Position numbers and translations under genes: made by a program
Part shown: one piece after another, positions 8,296-18,957 of the stretch
Position numbering within the stretch: position 1 is the first letter of the stretch
Layout: the number at the start of each line of letters is the position of its first letter
NCBI GenBank assembly: GCA_947486405.1
Contig: CANKTL010000001.1
Coordinates: 1 to 48,963, forward strand
Source: a bacterium
GTDB lineage: Bacteria > Margulisbacteria > Marinamargulisbacteria > CANKTL01
Direction: 5' to 3'
DNA length: 48,963 nucleotides
The notes under the pieces: model-generated
What the model saw: the letters and a program-made list of their open reading frames with translations, nothing else
The model's database searches: none
What the model was told of the DNA's origin: nothing

Positions 8296-10398
8296 GTGAA
8301 ATTTAAAATAATTGCCTATAACGGCTCCAATCGAAATTCATATGTGCCCGCTATTGGGGATAAAGTTATATACGGGAATAGTAAGGGTTATTTTCGAACG
8401 GGATTTATTCAAGCGGTTGATCATGCAAATCAATTGGTCACTATAACAAAAGATCAGCCCGGTCTATTTGCATCTAAAACAAAAACAACTCTTTTTAGCA
8501 ATATTACTTTGGATAGTAGCCTGGCCTCGGTGAGGAGGGGGCCTAGAATTGGTGTAAGGGTTTCCCCACCTGTCACTGAAGAAATTCATTATTCACCCAT
8601 TCATTCGACAGCCTTTAACCCTGTGGTGAAAAGTTTATTTCGATTTCAACTTGAAAAAGATCCCGGTGTGGAAACACGGGTTTTGATGAAATGTAATCAA
8701 TTAGACGCTCAATACGTGGGGGGCATTTATACGCTTATGACCAAACCACAAAGTATCGCACTATTTCAGTCTGAATTGACATTGGCAACTCAGGACCCTA
8801 GCTTTCCTTATGCGCTTATTCGACTTTGTCAGGAAGGGTATCTAACGCAATCTCAATTTACCCATGCCTATACTTTGGGACTTGCAGTGCATCCCAAAGA
8901 TTGCCAAGAAGCAGATAAGCCCAATCCTCATCGTACTGTTACGTTGCGATTAGTAGACGCTAAAGTTATTGACGGTTGGGTCCAGGGGACAGTCAGGGGA
9001 ATATCCTATTATTTAAAGTGGGATAGGTTGGGTAGCGATAAGCAAGCTGCAAAAGAGCAAGTGCTTGTTTCCGCTCTCAAGACAACGCTTGAACGGCACC
9101 AGGAATCGGCGCTTATGTTAGACCGGGTTTATGCTGAAATTGAGACGGATATATTGTTCGAGGGAAATTATACCAAGGCCGTTGATTTTTCAGACCGTGA
9201 ACGATTCCATCGTTTTTCATCGATCACGGTTGGCGGCGCCCATTTTGGGTATCTTCCTCAAGAAACGCCGCGTGAGGATAAAAGTCCGCCAGTTCCGGTG
9301 GTGCCTTTTCGGTTTTACGAGGCACTATTTGATGCCTTGCAGTCAGAATTGGGTGTTAATGCCGATCAGCGCATCCATGTGGCCCCTGTCATTGGGCGGT
9401 TTTCCATCGATCAGCTTTCAACTGATATTGGCTTACGCCAGCGGGGCGTTGGGTTGGTAACCCCCAGCGGATGGAGCAAGATGGACCCTGTTGAAATTGA
9501 TGGGGCTATGTCTTCTCGACTCTTTGAAACGTTGCATGATCTATACCACGCGCTGAAGCTGATTTATTACCGAGACGATTTGCCAGAGTCTCGTGAGATA
9601 GTCGACTCATTGTTGACTGTAGCAGATGGATGGGGAAAATCTAATCAGGTCAAATGGAAAATGGAATTGACTGATTTTTTAGACACCGAGACTCCGCTTC
9701 CTCAAGTAAAAAGGCGCGCATACAAAGATTTGTTGATCGTATTCCTTGAGTGTTCTCCCCCAGATCAACCCATCCCAGAACGCATTCTGAAGGATTTTCC
9801 ACCTGTTCAAATGCTTGAGGCTATCGGCTGGAATTACAAAGGCGACAAACTACTCCCGATTCTTAATCAGCCTCGCGTGAGGCAATTACTGCGTGGTTTT
9901 TTACAGTTTCCTGACGGAGACTTTACGACATTTGCAGAAGTTGTGGCGGCCAGCAAGGCTGTTCAAAGTGTTCGGAAAATGATGCAAGACTTTTCTTTGC
10001 AACCCAATTTTTCAGAGTTGGATTCAATGGCCAATCGGTATCAGCTGGTATCGATGGAGCAAAATATGAGTAAGTTAAAGGAGAAATGGTACAACTCAGA
10101 GTCTGTGCTGTCGGTGGACATGAAACACGCGCGCGAGGTGCTTGATCTATTAGCGGGGACGCCTCTCAATGTGGATCTAGCTTCTTACCCAATAAACACT
10201 GGATTTAATTATTTATGTCGAATTCTCACTGGTCAAAGTTTTAGGGACTTTGAAGAAAATGGATATAAACAATTATTTTCAGACCATGATCCAGAATTAA
10301 TACCCCCATCAAATTCTGAGACATTGGCTTATTTTGATCAACGGCCAGAGCATTCTATTGCTCAGTTCTTAGCCCACAGAGAGCAGTTTGTAGTCTAA
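8296..10398 (+). CDS. Hypothetical 700-aa soluble protein, no recognisable domain
   Basis: Long uninterrupted ORF. GTG is the first start after an in-frame TGA, and no internal Met occurs for about 130 codons. No signal peptide, TM segment or catalytic motif that I recognise. Confidence 0.7.
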   Translation: MKFKIIAYNGSNRNSYVPAIGDKVIYGNSKGYFRTGFIQAVDHANQLVTITKDQPGLFASKTKTTLFSNITLDSSLASVRRGPRIGVRVSPPVTEEIHYSPIHSTAFNPVVKSLFRFQLEKDPGVETRVLMKCNQLDAQYVGGIYTLMTKPQSIALFQSELTLATQDPSFPYALIRLCQEGYLTQSQFTHAYTLGLAVHPKDCQEADKPNPHRTVTLRLVDAKVIDGWVQGTVRGISYYLKWDRLGSDKQAAKEQVLVSALKTTLERHQESALMLDRVYAEIETDILFEGNYTKAVDFSDRERFHRFSSITVGGAHFGYLPQETPREDKSPPVPVVPFRFYEALFDALQSELGVNADQRIHVAPVIGRFSIDQLSTDIGLRQRGVGLVTPSGWSKMDPVEIDGAMSSRLFETLHDLYHALKLIYYRDDLPESREIVDSLLTVADGWGKSNQVKWKMELTDFLDTETPLPQVKRRAYKDLLIVFLECSPPDQPIPERILKDFPPVQMLEAIGWNYKGDKLLPILNQPRVRQLLRGFLQFPDGDFTTFAEVVAASKAVQSVRKMMQDFSLQPNFSELDSMANRYQLVSMEQNMSKLKEKWYNSESVLSVDMKHAREVLDLLAGTPLNVDLASYPINTGFNYLCRILTGQSFRDFEENGYKQLFSDHDPELIPPSNSETLAYFDQRPEHSIAQFLAHREQFVV

Positions 10399-10473
10399 AA
10401 AAACAAGAAATTTTATCGCTTCCTGGCAATTGACTCCCTGAATTGGGGTTTAGTACACTGCCATGGTTCATTT

Positions 10474-11130
10474 ATGACTGAAAATCAACCGTTTATATTT
10501 CCAAAATGGGCAAATTTAATCCCATTACTGATTCCACCTATTCTTTTAGGCGGTATTGCCACGGCTGTTTTTGTGATGTGGTACTGGGCGTCTCCCAAGC
10601 ATATTGAGGTCGGGTATCAACCCACGCAACCCATTGCCTATTCTCATGCTCTGCATGCCGGCGAGTTGGGCATTGATTGCCGCTATTGTCATACCAATGT
10701 TGAGCGCGGGGCCAAGGCCACTTTGCCCTCAACCGACACCTGTATGAATTGTCACAAAGTAATCAAAACAGAGAGCCCTGAAATTAAGAAATTGCAAAAA
10801 AGCTGGAAAAATAATCAGCCGATTCAGTGGGTGCGGGTTAATGCTGTGCCTGATTATGTGTATTTTGATCACAGTCGCCATGTGAATTCGGGGATTGGCT
10901 GTGCCACCTGCCACGGACGTGTGGATAAAATGAAAACGGTGCATCAAAAAGAGCCACTCAGCATGGCCTGGTGTGTGGACTGCCATAAAACCCCTGAAAA
11001 ACACCTGCGGCCCGTGGATAAAGTAACCGATATGGCCTGGGTTGCTCCCGATCAGAAAAAACTGGGCGCCACGCTTAAAAAAGACCACTATATTGATCCG
11101 GGCTTAGATTGCTCGGTATGTCATCGGTGA
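10474..11130 (+). CDS. actA: Alternative Complex III subunit ActA, pentaheme cytochrome c
   Basis: N-terminal TM helix plus five CxxCH motifs (CRYCH, CMNCH, CATCH, CVDCH, CSVCH). It is the first gene of the act cluster. Confidence 0.88.
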   Translation: MTENQPFIFPKWANLIPLLIPPILLGGIATAVFVMWYWASPKHIEVGYQPTQPIAYSHALHAGELGIDCRYCHTNVERGAKATLPSTDTCMNCHKVIKTESPEIKKLQKSWKNNQPIQWVRVNAVPDYVYFDHSRHVNSGIGCATCHGRVDKMKTVHQKEPLSMAWCVDCHKTPEKHLRPVDKVTDMAWVAPDQKKLGATLKKDHYIDPGLDCSVCHR

Positions 11131-11137
11131 GGAAATT

Positions 11138-14100
11138 ATGAAAATTTGGCGATCACAAGAAGAACAGCAGAATAAAGACGAATTTAAACCGTGGGTGGAA
11201 CGGGAATTTCAACCCGAAGCCTCGGTACTAGAAACGCCGGTATCGCGTCGCTCGTTTATTAAATTGTTGGGTGGCACTGTGGCCATTGCGGGTTTAAGCG
11301 GATGCGTTTCGATTCGCAAGCCGGTTCAAAAATTGGTGCCATATGCCCAGCAACCCGAGTTTCAGGTGCCGGGCAAATCCATCTATTATGCGAGTACGTA
11401 TGTAGATGGTGCGGAGGTATCTGGGGTGTTGGTGGAAAGCACCGAAGGCCGGCCGATTAAGATTGAGGGGAATCCCTTGTATCCAGGAACTGGCGGCAAA
11501 ACGTCAGCCATTCAGCAAGCGGCCATTATTGGCTTGTATGACCCGGATCGGGCTCAGTTTCCGACAGTAGGTGGCAAAAAATCGACTTGGGACGCATTTG
11601 GTGAGTATATTCGCGGGCGTGTTTCGGCTGGGGCGAAAGTGGCTGTTTTATCCGAGCCGCAAGTTTCAGGAACGTTTTTTGAAGGTCTGGCGCAATTGCG
11701 TAAAAATGCAGGGCCGGTGGCCTATTTTCAGTACGATCCGGTGGGTAACGATGCAGAATTGCAGGGCAGTGAGTGGGCCAGCGGACGCGCGTTAAACGCG
11801 GTAATCGATTATAAAACCGCTGACGTGATCGTGTCGTTGGGTGCGGACTTCTTGGGAAGTTCGGATCTCGCGGTATCGAATACGCAGGCATTTGCATCGC
11901 GGCGTGATCCGGATAGCGGCGTGAAACTGAATCGCTTGTACGCGTTTGAAAGCCGGTATTCGCTGACGGGCTCTCGGGCGGATCACCGAGTGCGTGTTGA
12001 TGCGGACGATATGATCCCAACGGCATTGGGCTTGGTAGCCGTATTGGCCGAGGTGGTACCTGCACTTAAAGCCAAGCTGACACCGGAAATGCAAATCGCC
12101 GGGGCCAAGTTTTTGGCCGTGCCAAACGTGGCCAAACAGAAAAAATATTTTGCCGCGATTGCAGATGATATCAGTAAAAACGGGTCAAAATCGGTATTTG
12201 TGGTCGGGAAAGACCAAGCACCTGAATTGCATGCACTGGCGTTCATCTTAAATAACGCGATCGGTGCTCTCTTCGTTTCTTATTATGCGCCTGCCTTTGG
12301 CAGCGAAGCTGGATTTAATGGCCGCTCACTTCCTGCGATTACCGAATTGGTTCGCCAAATGAACAGCGGCCAAATCACCGATTTAATTATTATCGGCGGA
12401 AATCCCGTCGTGACCGCGCCAGCAGACCTTAAATTTAAACAATCGCTCAAACAATTAAATTCGGTGACGCACTTAACGCAGTTAACCAACGAAACCAGCC
12501 GTGCCAGTAAATGGGTGCTACCCCGCGCTCATTTCTTGGAAAAATGGGGTGATGCGCAACGTATTGATGGTGTGACTTCGGTGATTCAACCGCTCATCCG
12601 CCCCATTGTGGATGCCAAAAGCGATACCGAAACTTTGGCCGTTGTCGGTCGTCTCAATTGGCGCGATTTTGATGCGGTTCGGGCGTATTTCAAGCGTCCC
12701 GCCGCCACAAAAACCGATGCAACCTGGAAAAAATGGCTGCATGACGGTGTGGTTTCGACGGTTTCACCCGCTGTCACTCCTACAATTTCAATTTCACCTG
12801 AATTAATAAAACGGGCCAAGGCCATTAAGGCGGCAAAAAATAGCGCAATCACCGGTATTTTTATCGAAGATTACTCGGTCCGCGATGGTCGCCATGGCAA
12901 CAGTTCTTGGATGCAAGAAATTCCCGATACCATTACCAAATTAACTTGGGACAATGCGTTGTTGGTGTCTCCCCAATTTGCCAAGGCGAAGGGGGTAGAA
13001 AACGAGGCGTTGGTTGAAGTTAAAACCGCACAAAACACGGTAACGTTGCCGATTTGGGTTGTGCCGGGAATGGCGGATCGCACAGTCGGATTGCTACTCG
13101 GCTATGGCCAAAACTCGGGTCGGATCAGTGCCGGCGCTGGCGTGGATGTTTTTCCACTTCGAACCAGTACTCACTTTCAATCTGTGGGCATTCAGTCTAT
13201 TACCAAGACTGGCCGAAAATACACGCTGGCCACCACGCAAAATCACGGTGCAATGGAAGGCCGGGACCTGGTTCGAAAAGTAAGCGAATCGGAATTGCAC
13301 GAGGACCCCAAGGCCATGAAGGAAATGGGCGAAGAAGAACTGACCCATTCCGTCTTTAATGAATACCCCTTAACCGGCAATCACCAATGGGGGATGACCA
13401 TCGATTTAAGTCGCTGCACCGGGTGTAATGCCTGCACGGTGGCTTGCCAGTCGGAGAATAATATTCCGATTGTGGGCAAAAAAGAGGTGATTCGCGGCCG
13501 TGAAATGCATTGGATTCGGATCGACCGGTATTTCAGCGGCGACGAAAACGAGCCCGAAATTCTTGATCAACCGGTGACCTGTTTGCAATGCGAACTGGCC
13601 CCCTGTGAGCAAGTGTGTCCAGTCGTGGCCACCACGCATACTAAAGAAGGCCTGAATGATATGACCTACAACCGCTGCATCGGTACGCGATATTGCGCCA
13701 ATGCTTGTCCGGTTAAAGTGCGGCATTTTAATTTCTTTGATTATCAACAGCGTGATCCACGGGCGGAAAAGAAAAATCGTTTGCACCTTTTTGACGCTGT
13801 AAAAGAACCGGCTAAATCCTTACAAATGCAATTTAACCCTGAAGTCACCGTCCGCATGCGCGGTGTAATGGAAAAATGCACCTATTGCGTGCAACGAATC
13901 AATCGTAGCAAATTTGAAGCCAAAAATGGCGGTAAGAAGGTCAGTGATGTGACCTTGCAGACGGCCTGTCAGCAAGCGTGTCCGGCCAGTGCCATTGTGT
14001 TTGGTGATTTAAGCGATTCCAGCTCAGCGGTGTCTAAATCGCGAAAGTCCAATCGGGATTACACCATCTTGGGCCATTTAAATTTAAAAGCCAGAACCCG

Positions 14101-14167
14101 GTACTTGGGCGCAGTCTATAACCCGCATCCCAGCCTTGTGCCGGCGAAGAAGAAGGAAGTCGCATGA
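11138..14167 (+). CDS. actB: Alternative Complex III subunit ActB (molybdopterin-oxidoreductase-like domain fused to 4Fe-4S ferredoxin domain)
   Basis: Twin-arginine signal [11 protein letters not shown] after the conserved WRSQEE...EFQPEA leader. Large MopB-like N-domain. The C-terminal Cys clusters [37 protein letters not shown] and CTYCVQR are typical of PsrB/ActB2. Confidence 0.9.
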   Translation: MKIWRSQEEQQNKDEFKPWVEREFQPEASVLETPVSRRSFIKLLGGTVAIAGLSGCVSIRKPVQKLVPYAQQPEFQVPGKSIYYASTYVDGAEVSGVLVESTEGRPIKIEGNPLYPGTGGKTSAIQQAAIIGLYDPDRAQFPTVGGKKSTWDAFGEYIRGRVSAGAKVAVLSEPQVSGTFFEGLAQLRKNAGPVAYFQYDPVGNDAELQGSEWASGRALNAVIDYKTADVIVSLGADFLGSSDLAVSNTQAFASRRDPDSGVKLNRLYAFESRYSLTGSRADHRVRVDADDMIPTALGLVAVLAEVVPALKAKLTPEMQIAGAKFLAVPNVAKQKKYFAAIADDISKNGSKSVFVVGKDQAPELHALAFILNNAIGALFVSYYAPAFGSEAGFNGRSLPAITELVRQMNSGQITDLIIIGGNPVVTAPADLKFKQSLKQLNSVTHLTQLTNETSRASKWVLPRAHFLEKWGDAQRIDGVTSVIQPLIRPIVDAKSDTETLAVVGRLNWRDFDAVRAYFKRPAATKTDATWKKWLHDGVVSTVSPAVTPTISISPELIKRAKAIKAAKNSAITGIFIEDYSVRDGRHGNSSWMQEIPDTITKLTWDNALLVSPQFAKAKGVENEALVEVKTAQNTVTLPIWVVPGMADRTVGLLLGYGQNSGRISAGAGVDVFPLRTSTHFQSVGIQSITKTGRKYTLATTQNHGAMEGRDLVRKVSESELHEDPKAMKEMGEEELTHSVFNEYPLTGNHQWGMTIDLSRCTGCNACTVACQSENNIPIVGKKEVIRGREMHWIRIDRYFSGDENEPEILDQPVTCLQCELAPCEQVCPVVATTHTKEGLNDMTYNRCIGTRYCANACPVKVRHFNFFDYQQRDPRAEKKNRLHLFDAVKEPAKSLQMQFNPEVTVRMRGVMEKCTYCVQRINRSKFEAKNGGKKVSDVTLQTACQQACPASAIVFGDLSDSSSAVSKSRKSNRDYTILGHLNLKARTRYLGAVYNPHPSLVPAKKKEVA

Positions 14168-15549
14168 CACAGGTCGTTCAAGATATCGACGATACCATTA
14201 ATCGTCCGGCCCTAGTCACCGGTGACGCCACGTTTCAAGCAGTCACGGATGCGGTCGTAGCGCCCTTAGAAGCCCCAACCCCACGATGGTGGATGATCGC
14301 CTTGACCGGCACCACCTCATTGTTGCTCCTTCTATTGTCGTTAATTACCTATCTACTTTGGGCCGGCACCGGTGTTTGGGGGGTCAACAGCCCGGTCGGG
14401 TGGGGTTTTGACATTATTAACTTCGTCTATTGGGTCGGTATTGCGCACGCCGGAACCTTGATTTCGGCCATTCTATTTACCACTCGCCAAAAATGGCGCA
14501 CGTCTATCAGCCGATTTGCCGAAGCCATGACGATTTTTGCCGTATTATGCGCCCTCATTTATCCGGGTATTCACGTGGGTCGGATGTGGCTGGCCTATTA
14601 TATGTTTCCAGTACCCAACCAAATGGCGCTTTGGCCCAATTTTAAAAGCCCGTTGTTGTGGGACTTGTTCGCCGTGAGCTCATATTTCACCTTATCGTTG
14701 GTGTTTTGGTATATCGGAATGATGCCTGACTTGGCCACGCTTCGTGACCGCGCCTTAACCAAAACGCGAAAAATTGTGTTTGGCATCTTGGCCATGGGAT
14801 GGCGCGGCTCTGCCCGGCATTGGTTGCATTATGAAAAAGCGTATTTAATCTTGGCCGCGATGGGAACCCCCTTGGTGGTCTCTGTTTCCTCTGTTGTCAG
14901 TATGGACTTTGCGGCCTCTCAAATCCCCGGTTGGCACGCCACTATTTTTCCCCCGTATTTCGTAGCGGGTGCGGTGTTTTCTGGGTTTGCGATGGTCGTT
15001 GTTATGATGGCGGGGGCGCGAAAAGTCTTTAAATTAGAAAACCTGGTCACGATGCACCATTTGGAGACCATGAACAAAATAGTGCTCGGTATGGGTATGG
15101 TAATGACCTACATATATTCTATGGAATTCTTTATGGCCTGGTATTCCGCCGATCCGTATGAAATGTTTGCCTTTATTAACCGTGCCGCGGGGCCTTATGC
15201 TGCGTTTTACTGGGTAATGTTATTTGGCAACGCTGTATTGCCTCAATTGTTTTGGATGAAACGGTTCCGTCGTTCGATCGTGTGGATGGTGATTATCGGA
15301 ATTATGGCCAACGTGGGGATGTGGTGTGAGCGATTTGTGATTGTGACTACCATTCACCGTGACTTTTTGCCCTCAAGTTGGGGATTATTTATCCCGACCT
15401 GGGTCGATATCGGTACCTTTTTAGGCACGTGGGGATTATTTTTAACGTTATTCTTACTCTTCCTTCGCTTTTTGCCGATGATTAACATTACCGAAGTAAA
15501 ATCGATCATGCCACAGGCCTCTCCGCACGAAGGAGATAAGCATGTTTAA
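14164..15549 (+). CDS. actC: Alternative Complex III subunit ActC (NrfD/PsrC-like quinol-interacting membrane subunit)
   Basis: 461-aa polytopic membrane protein with a 4-nt overlap to actB. Its position and NrfD-like hydrophobic pattern fit ActC. Confidence 0.85.
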   Translation: MTQVVQDIDDTINRPALVTGDATFQAVTDAVVAPLEAPTPRWWMIALTGTTSLLLLLLSLITYLLWAGTGVWGVNSPVGWGFDIINFVYWVGIAHAGTLISAILFTTRQKWRTSISRFAEAMTIFAVLCALIYPGIHVGRMWLAYYMFPVPNQMALWPNFKSPLLWDLFAVSSYFTLSLVFWYIGMMPDLATLRDRALTKTRKIVFGILAMGWRGSARHWLHYEKAYLILAAMGTPLVVSVSSVVSMDFAASQIPGWHATIFPPYFVAGAVFSGFAMVVVMMAGARKVFKLENLVTMHHLETMNKIVLGMGMVMTYIYSMEFFMAWYSADPYEMFAFINRAAGPYAAFYWVMLFGNAVLPQLFWMKRFRRSIVWMVIIGIMANVGMWCERFVIVTTIHRDFLPSSWGLFIPTWVDIGTFLGTWGLFLTLFLLFLRFLPMINITEVKSIMPQASPHEGDKHV

Positions 15550-16075
15550 GCCCTTTACTGGATTGTTGGCCGAATTTAAATCGCCGGCATCTGTTTTGGC
15601 CGCGGCCAAAGCCCTGACCAAAGCCGGATACACTACTGTTGATGCCCATTCCCCGTTCCCCATTCACGGGATGGACAAGGCCCTGAAATTAAAAGATTCG
15701 CCCTTGGGTTGGGTGGTTGTCATTGTCGGAACGCTCGCATTTTTTGGCGCCTTTGCCTTTCAATATTGGGCCAATGGCGTGGCTTATCCGGTCAACGTGA
15801 GTGGTAAACCGTTATTGAGCTATCCGTCTTATATCTGCATTACCTATGGATTTATGACCATCGTGGCGTCAATCACTGCGGCAACGACGATGTTTGCTTT
15901 AAACGGATTGCCGCAACTCTATTACTCGCTCTTTAAAGTGGGGCGCTTTGCCAAATTCTCAACTGACGGATTTTTTATTTCGGTTTCTGAAACTGACAGT
16001 AAATTTGATAAAGAAAAAACGGCACAGTTATTGACCGAACTTCAAGGGGAGCACGTTGTGTATGTTGAAGATTAA
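15542..16075 (+). CDS. actD: Alternative Complex III subunit ActD (DUF3341-like)
   Basis: 177 aa. The N-terminal soluble segment [22 protein letters not shown] is followed by TM helices. It overlaps the actC stop. Confidence 0.8.
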   Translation: MFKPFTGLLAEFKSPASVLAAAKALTKAGYTTVDAHSPFPIHGMDKALKLKDSPLGWVVVIVGTLAFFGAFAFQYWANGVAYPVNVSGKPLLSYPSYICITYGFMTIVASITAATTMFALNGLPQLYYSLFKVGRFAKFSTDGFFISVSETDSKFDKEKTAQLLTELQGEHVVYVED

Positions 16076-16667
16076 GCCGCTACTTTTGATGGGACTATGC
16101 GTGGTGTTACTAACGGGATGCCGCGGTAATTTCAGCGACAAACCGGCCGTGCATTTGAATCCAAATTTAGATGTGCAACCCAAAGTGACTGCGCAAACCA
16201 TGCCCATCACCCCACCGGCCGAAACGGTGCCTTGGGGCAGCAATATTGAAAATCGGGCAGATGCCTTGGCAGAAGATTCAGCGTATTATCGGGGTCAAAC
16301 CGCGTCTGGTGCGTGGGTGAATAGCATCCCGGTAACGGTTAACGAAGCCCTGCTAAAGCGCGGCCAAGAGCGCTATGATATTTATTGTTCCTCCTGCCAC
16401 GACCGCGCGGGCACGGGCAACGGTCCTGTTGTCAAACTGGGTTTCACCCCACCCCCGGTGATGTGGGACGCCCGAGTATTGACCTACACCGATGGCGAAC
16501 TTTATAACATCGTGACTCACGGCATTCGCAACATGCCTGCCCATGACAAACAAATTCCGGTGGCGGATCGCTGGGCAATCGTGGCCTACGTTCGGGCCCT
16601 TCAAACCATGCACACGGCCACCCTCAAAGACGTCCCTGAAACCAAAAGGAGTGCCATTTCAAAGTGA
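16062..16667 (+). CDS. actE: Alternative Complex III subunit ActE, lipoprotein monoheme cytochrome c
   Basis: Lipobox LLTGC and a single CSSCH heme site with a distal Met context (IRNMPAH). ATG 16062 is preferred over the TTG at 16056; SD AAGGGGA lies 11 nt upstream. Confidence 0.85.
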   Translation: MLKIKPLLLMGLCVVLLTGCRGNFSDKPAVHLNPNLDVQPKVTAQTMPITPPAETVPWGSNIENRADALAEDSAYYRGQTASGAWVNSIPVTVNEALLKRGQERYDIYCSSCHDRAGTGNGPVVKLGFTPPPVMWDARVLTYTDGELYNIVTHGIRNMPAHDKQIPVADRWAIVAYVRALQTMHTATLKDVPETKRSAISK

Positions 16668-17851
16668 AAATCGACGCGCAATATCTCTTATCTAAAGCTT
16701 TAGGCCTCCGCCTTGTTTTCGGGTTTTTAGCCATCGCGGTTGTCGGATTTGCGATTGCTTTTTTGGGCAGTAACAATGCCGCACTTTGGCAAGGATATTG
16801 GCTGGCCTTTATTTTCTACACGGCCATTTCATTGGGCGGATTATATTTCGTTCTAATGCAACATTTAACTCGCTCGGGTTGGAGTGTGGTTGTCCGCCGA
16901 CTTTCCGAGCATTTCATGCGCAACATCTGGATCATGCTACTCTTTTTACTGCCCCTGATTTTCGGCATGCATGACCTCTTTAGCTGGAGCGATACAGCCC
17001 ACGCGGCCCACGATCCAATTTTGCAGGCCAAAGCACCGTATTTGAATGTGCCGTTTTTCTGGATTCGTTCCATTGGCTACTTCCTTATTTGGGGCGGAAT
17101 CGCGGCCTATTTCTTTGCTCTATCGCGCAAGCAAGACAGCACCGGCAACCCGGAGCTCACGGCTAACTTGCAAGCCAAAGCGGGCATTGCCTTGGTGGTG
17201 TATGGACTCACCCAAACATTCGCCTCATTTGACTGGTTAATGTCATTAAGTCCACATTGGTTTTCGACCCTATTCGGCGTTTATTTTTTTGCGGGTACTG
17301 CCGTTGTGTTTTTAGCCGCCCTAAGTGTCACGCTTTTAATTCTGCGCAGCCGAGGCATTTTGGCCAAGGTGGTTACCGTTGAGCACTATCACGATATTGG
17401 TAAATTGCTCTATGGCTATATGATGTTTTGGGGCTATCTGGCCTTTTCTCAATTGATGGTGATTTGGATCAGTAATATTCCAGAAGAAGGGGCCTGGTAT
17501 ATCGTACGTGGAAGCTATGGATCACCATGGCAATGGGTCACCATTTTGTTGGCCGTCGGTTATTTTGTTATTCCATTTTTCCTATTTATGTCGCGGCACG
17601 CCAAACGAAATTTAGTGGTGCATTTTGCAATCGCTCTCTGGTTAATGGCCATGCCGTTGGTGGATTATTTTTGGATTATTCAACCCAATTTTACCCCGAC
17701 GTCTTTGGGCTTAAGCTGGGCCCATTTGGGCATGTTTTTGGGTGTGGGGGGTGTTTACTTTGCCGCATTATGCTGGCAGATGTCGGCCCATCCCTTAGTG
17801 CCGGTTCAAGATCCCCGTTTATCCGAATCGCTTCATTTTGAGAATTTTTAA
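16664..17851 (+). CDS. actF: Alternative Complex III subunit ActF (second NrfD-like membrane subunit)
   Basis: GTG start overlapping the actE stop. A 395-aa polytopic membrane protein in the canonical ActF position. Confidence 0.8.
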   Translation: MKIDAQYLLSKALGLRLVFGFLAIAVVGFAIAFLGSNNAALWQGYWLAFIFYTAISLGGLYFVLMQHLTRSGWSVVVRRLSEHFMRNIWIMLLFLLPLIFGMHDLFSWSDTAHAAHDPILQAKAPYLNVPFFWIRSIGYFLIWGGIAAYFFALSRKQDSTGNPELTANLQAKAGIALVVYGLTQTFASFDWLMSLSPHWFSTLFGVYFFAGTAVVFLAALSVTLLILRSRGILAKVVTVEHYHDIGKLLYGYMMFWGYLAFSQLMVIWISNIPEEGAWYIVRGSYGSPWQWVTILLAVGYFVIPFFLFMSRHAKRNLVVHFAIALWLMAMPLVDYFWIIQPNFTPTSLGLSWAHLGMFLGVGGVYFAALCWQMSAHPLVPVQDPRLSESLHFENF

Positions 17852-17861
17852 GGACAGTTAA

Positions 17862-18173
17862 ATGGCACATAGTGGCGAAATTCATCACGATCTTCAACAA
17901 CCCGATCACATCCGCTTAACCGTTGCGATTTTGGCATCGGCCGTGATTATTTTTCTCTCAGTCTGGGGGTGCTACCTCTTCTATGTGGGGACCTTGTCTG
18001 ATGAAGTGCGACTCAAAGAATCCGGCCCAGCGCCGATGGCCATTCGGGAACTGCGCGTTACCGAAACGGCTGAGCTGACTCGCTTACAATGGGTAGATCA
18101 GGCCAAGGGACAGGTCAAAATCCCGATTGATATGGCCATGGACGCCGTTGTAAAAAAATATAATGCGCAATAA
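17862..18173 (+). CDS. Small single-TM protein between act and cox genes (possible ACIII/oxidase accessory subunit)
   Basis: 103 aa with one hydrophobic helix (LTVAILASAVIIFLSVWGCYLFYV). Flanked by an 11-nt gap and an 11-nt overlap inside the operon. Confidence 0.6.
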   Translation: MAHSGEIHHDLQQPDHIRLTVAILASAVIIFLSVWGCYLFYVGTLSDEVRLKESGPAPMAIRELRVTETAELTRLQWVDQAKGQVKIPIDMAMDAVVKKYNAQ

Positions 18174-18957
18174 AAGCGGTTTGATTGCCTGTGTGTGGGC
18201 CATTCTATTGGGCCTAACGCCGCTACATGCTGCTGAAACAAAGCCGCCCGTTTTTAACGAAGTAGGGGTGGTCGAACGTATTGGTGCCACCCTCGATTTA
18301 TCGGTTGAACTGGTAAACGAATCCGGTACCCGAGTTCCTCTGAAATCCTTTTTCTCAGATCCCAACGTCCCCGTCATTATCGCGCCGATGTATTACAGTT
18401 GCCCCATGCTCTGTCAGTTAATTGCCGATGGGTTGGTGGCCGGTATTTCCGAATCCAAGTTAGAACTGGGCCGAGATTTTAAAGTGCTTAGCGTGAGCAT
18501 TGACCCCGAAGATACCCCTAAATCAGCGTCGCAATTCCGAGACAAATACACGGGCAAACTAGGTGAAGCCCATATCAAAGCCGAATGGCATTTTCTTACC
18601 GGTGATTCGAAGTCGATGCATACCCTCACCGATCAGTTGGGCTTTTACTACAAGCCCGACGACCAAGGCGAAATCGCCCACCAGGCCGCGATTATGGTCG
18701 TAACCCCCCAGGGTAAAATCGTGCGCTATCTGTACGGCATCGACTATAAGCCACGGACGCTCAGCTTTGCCTTGAAAGAAGCGAAGGTTGGAAAAGGCCA
18801 GGCCACCATTGATCAACTAATTTTATATTGCTATAAGTATGATCCCACCTCTAGAAGCTATACCCTTCAAGCAAAGAACATCATGCGTTTGGGTGGAATA
18901 TTGACTGTTTTATTTATTGCATTCGTAATTTTTGGCCTCAAAGTGAAGAAGAAGTAA
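18163..18957 (+). CDS. SCO1/SenC-family copper chaperone
   Basis: Signal/anchor sequence. Thioredoxin-like CxxxC (YYSCPMLCQ) and a downstream His (EIAHQAAIMVVTPQGKI), as in SCO proteins. C-terminal TM helix. Located just upstream of the CuA-containing subunit II. Confidence 0.8.
   Translation: MRNKSGLIACVWAILLGLTPLHAAETKPPVFNEVGVVERIGATLDLSVELVNESGTRVPLKSFFSDPNVPVIIAPMYYSCPMLCQLIADGLVAGISESKLELGRDFKVLSVSIDPEDTPKSASQFRDKYTGKLGEAHIKAEWHFLTGDSKSMHTLTDQLGFYYKPDDQGEIAHQAAIMVVTPQGKIVRYLYGIDYKPRTLSFALKEAKVGKGQATIDQLILYCYKYDPTSRSYTLQAKNIMRLGGILTVLFIAFVIFGLKVKKK

Noticed and set aside
10430-10458. Sigma70 promoter for the ACIII operon (TTGACT at 10430-10435)
   Set aside because: The -35 is good, but at 15-17 nt spacing the candidate -10 hexamers (TAGTAC, AGTACA, GTACAC) are poor. 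This is not enough to call.
11526-13786. Multiple 60-180 aa ORFs on both strands within actB
   Set aside because: All are nested in or antisense to a 1009-aa ORF with TAT signal and Fe-S motifs. They have no SDs and biased Arg/Pro-rich translations.
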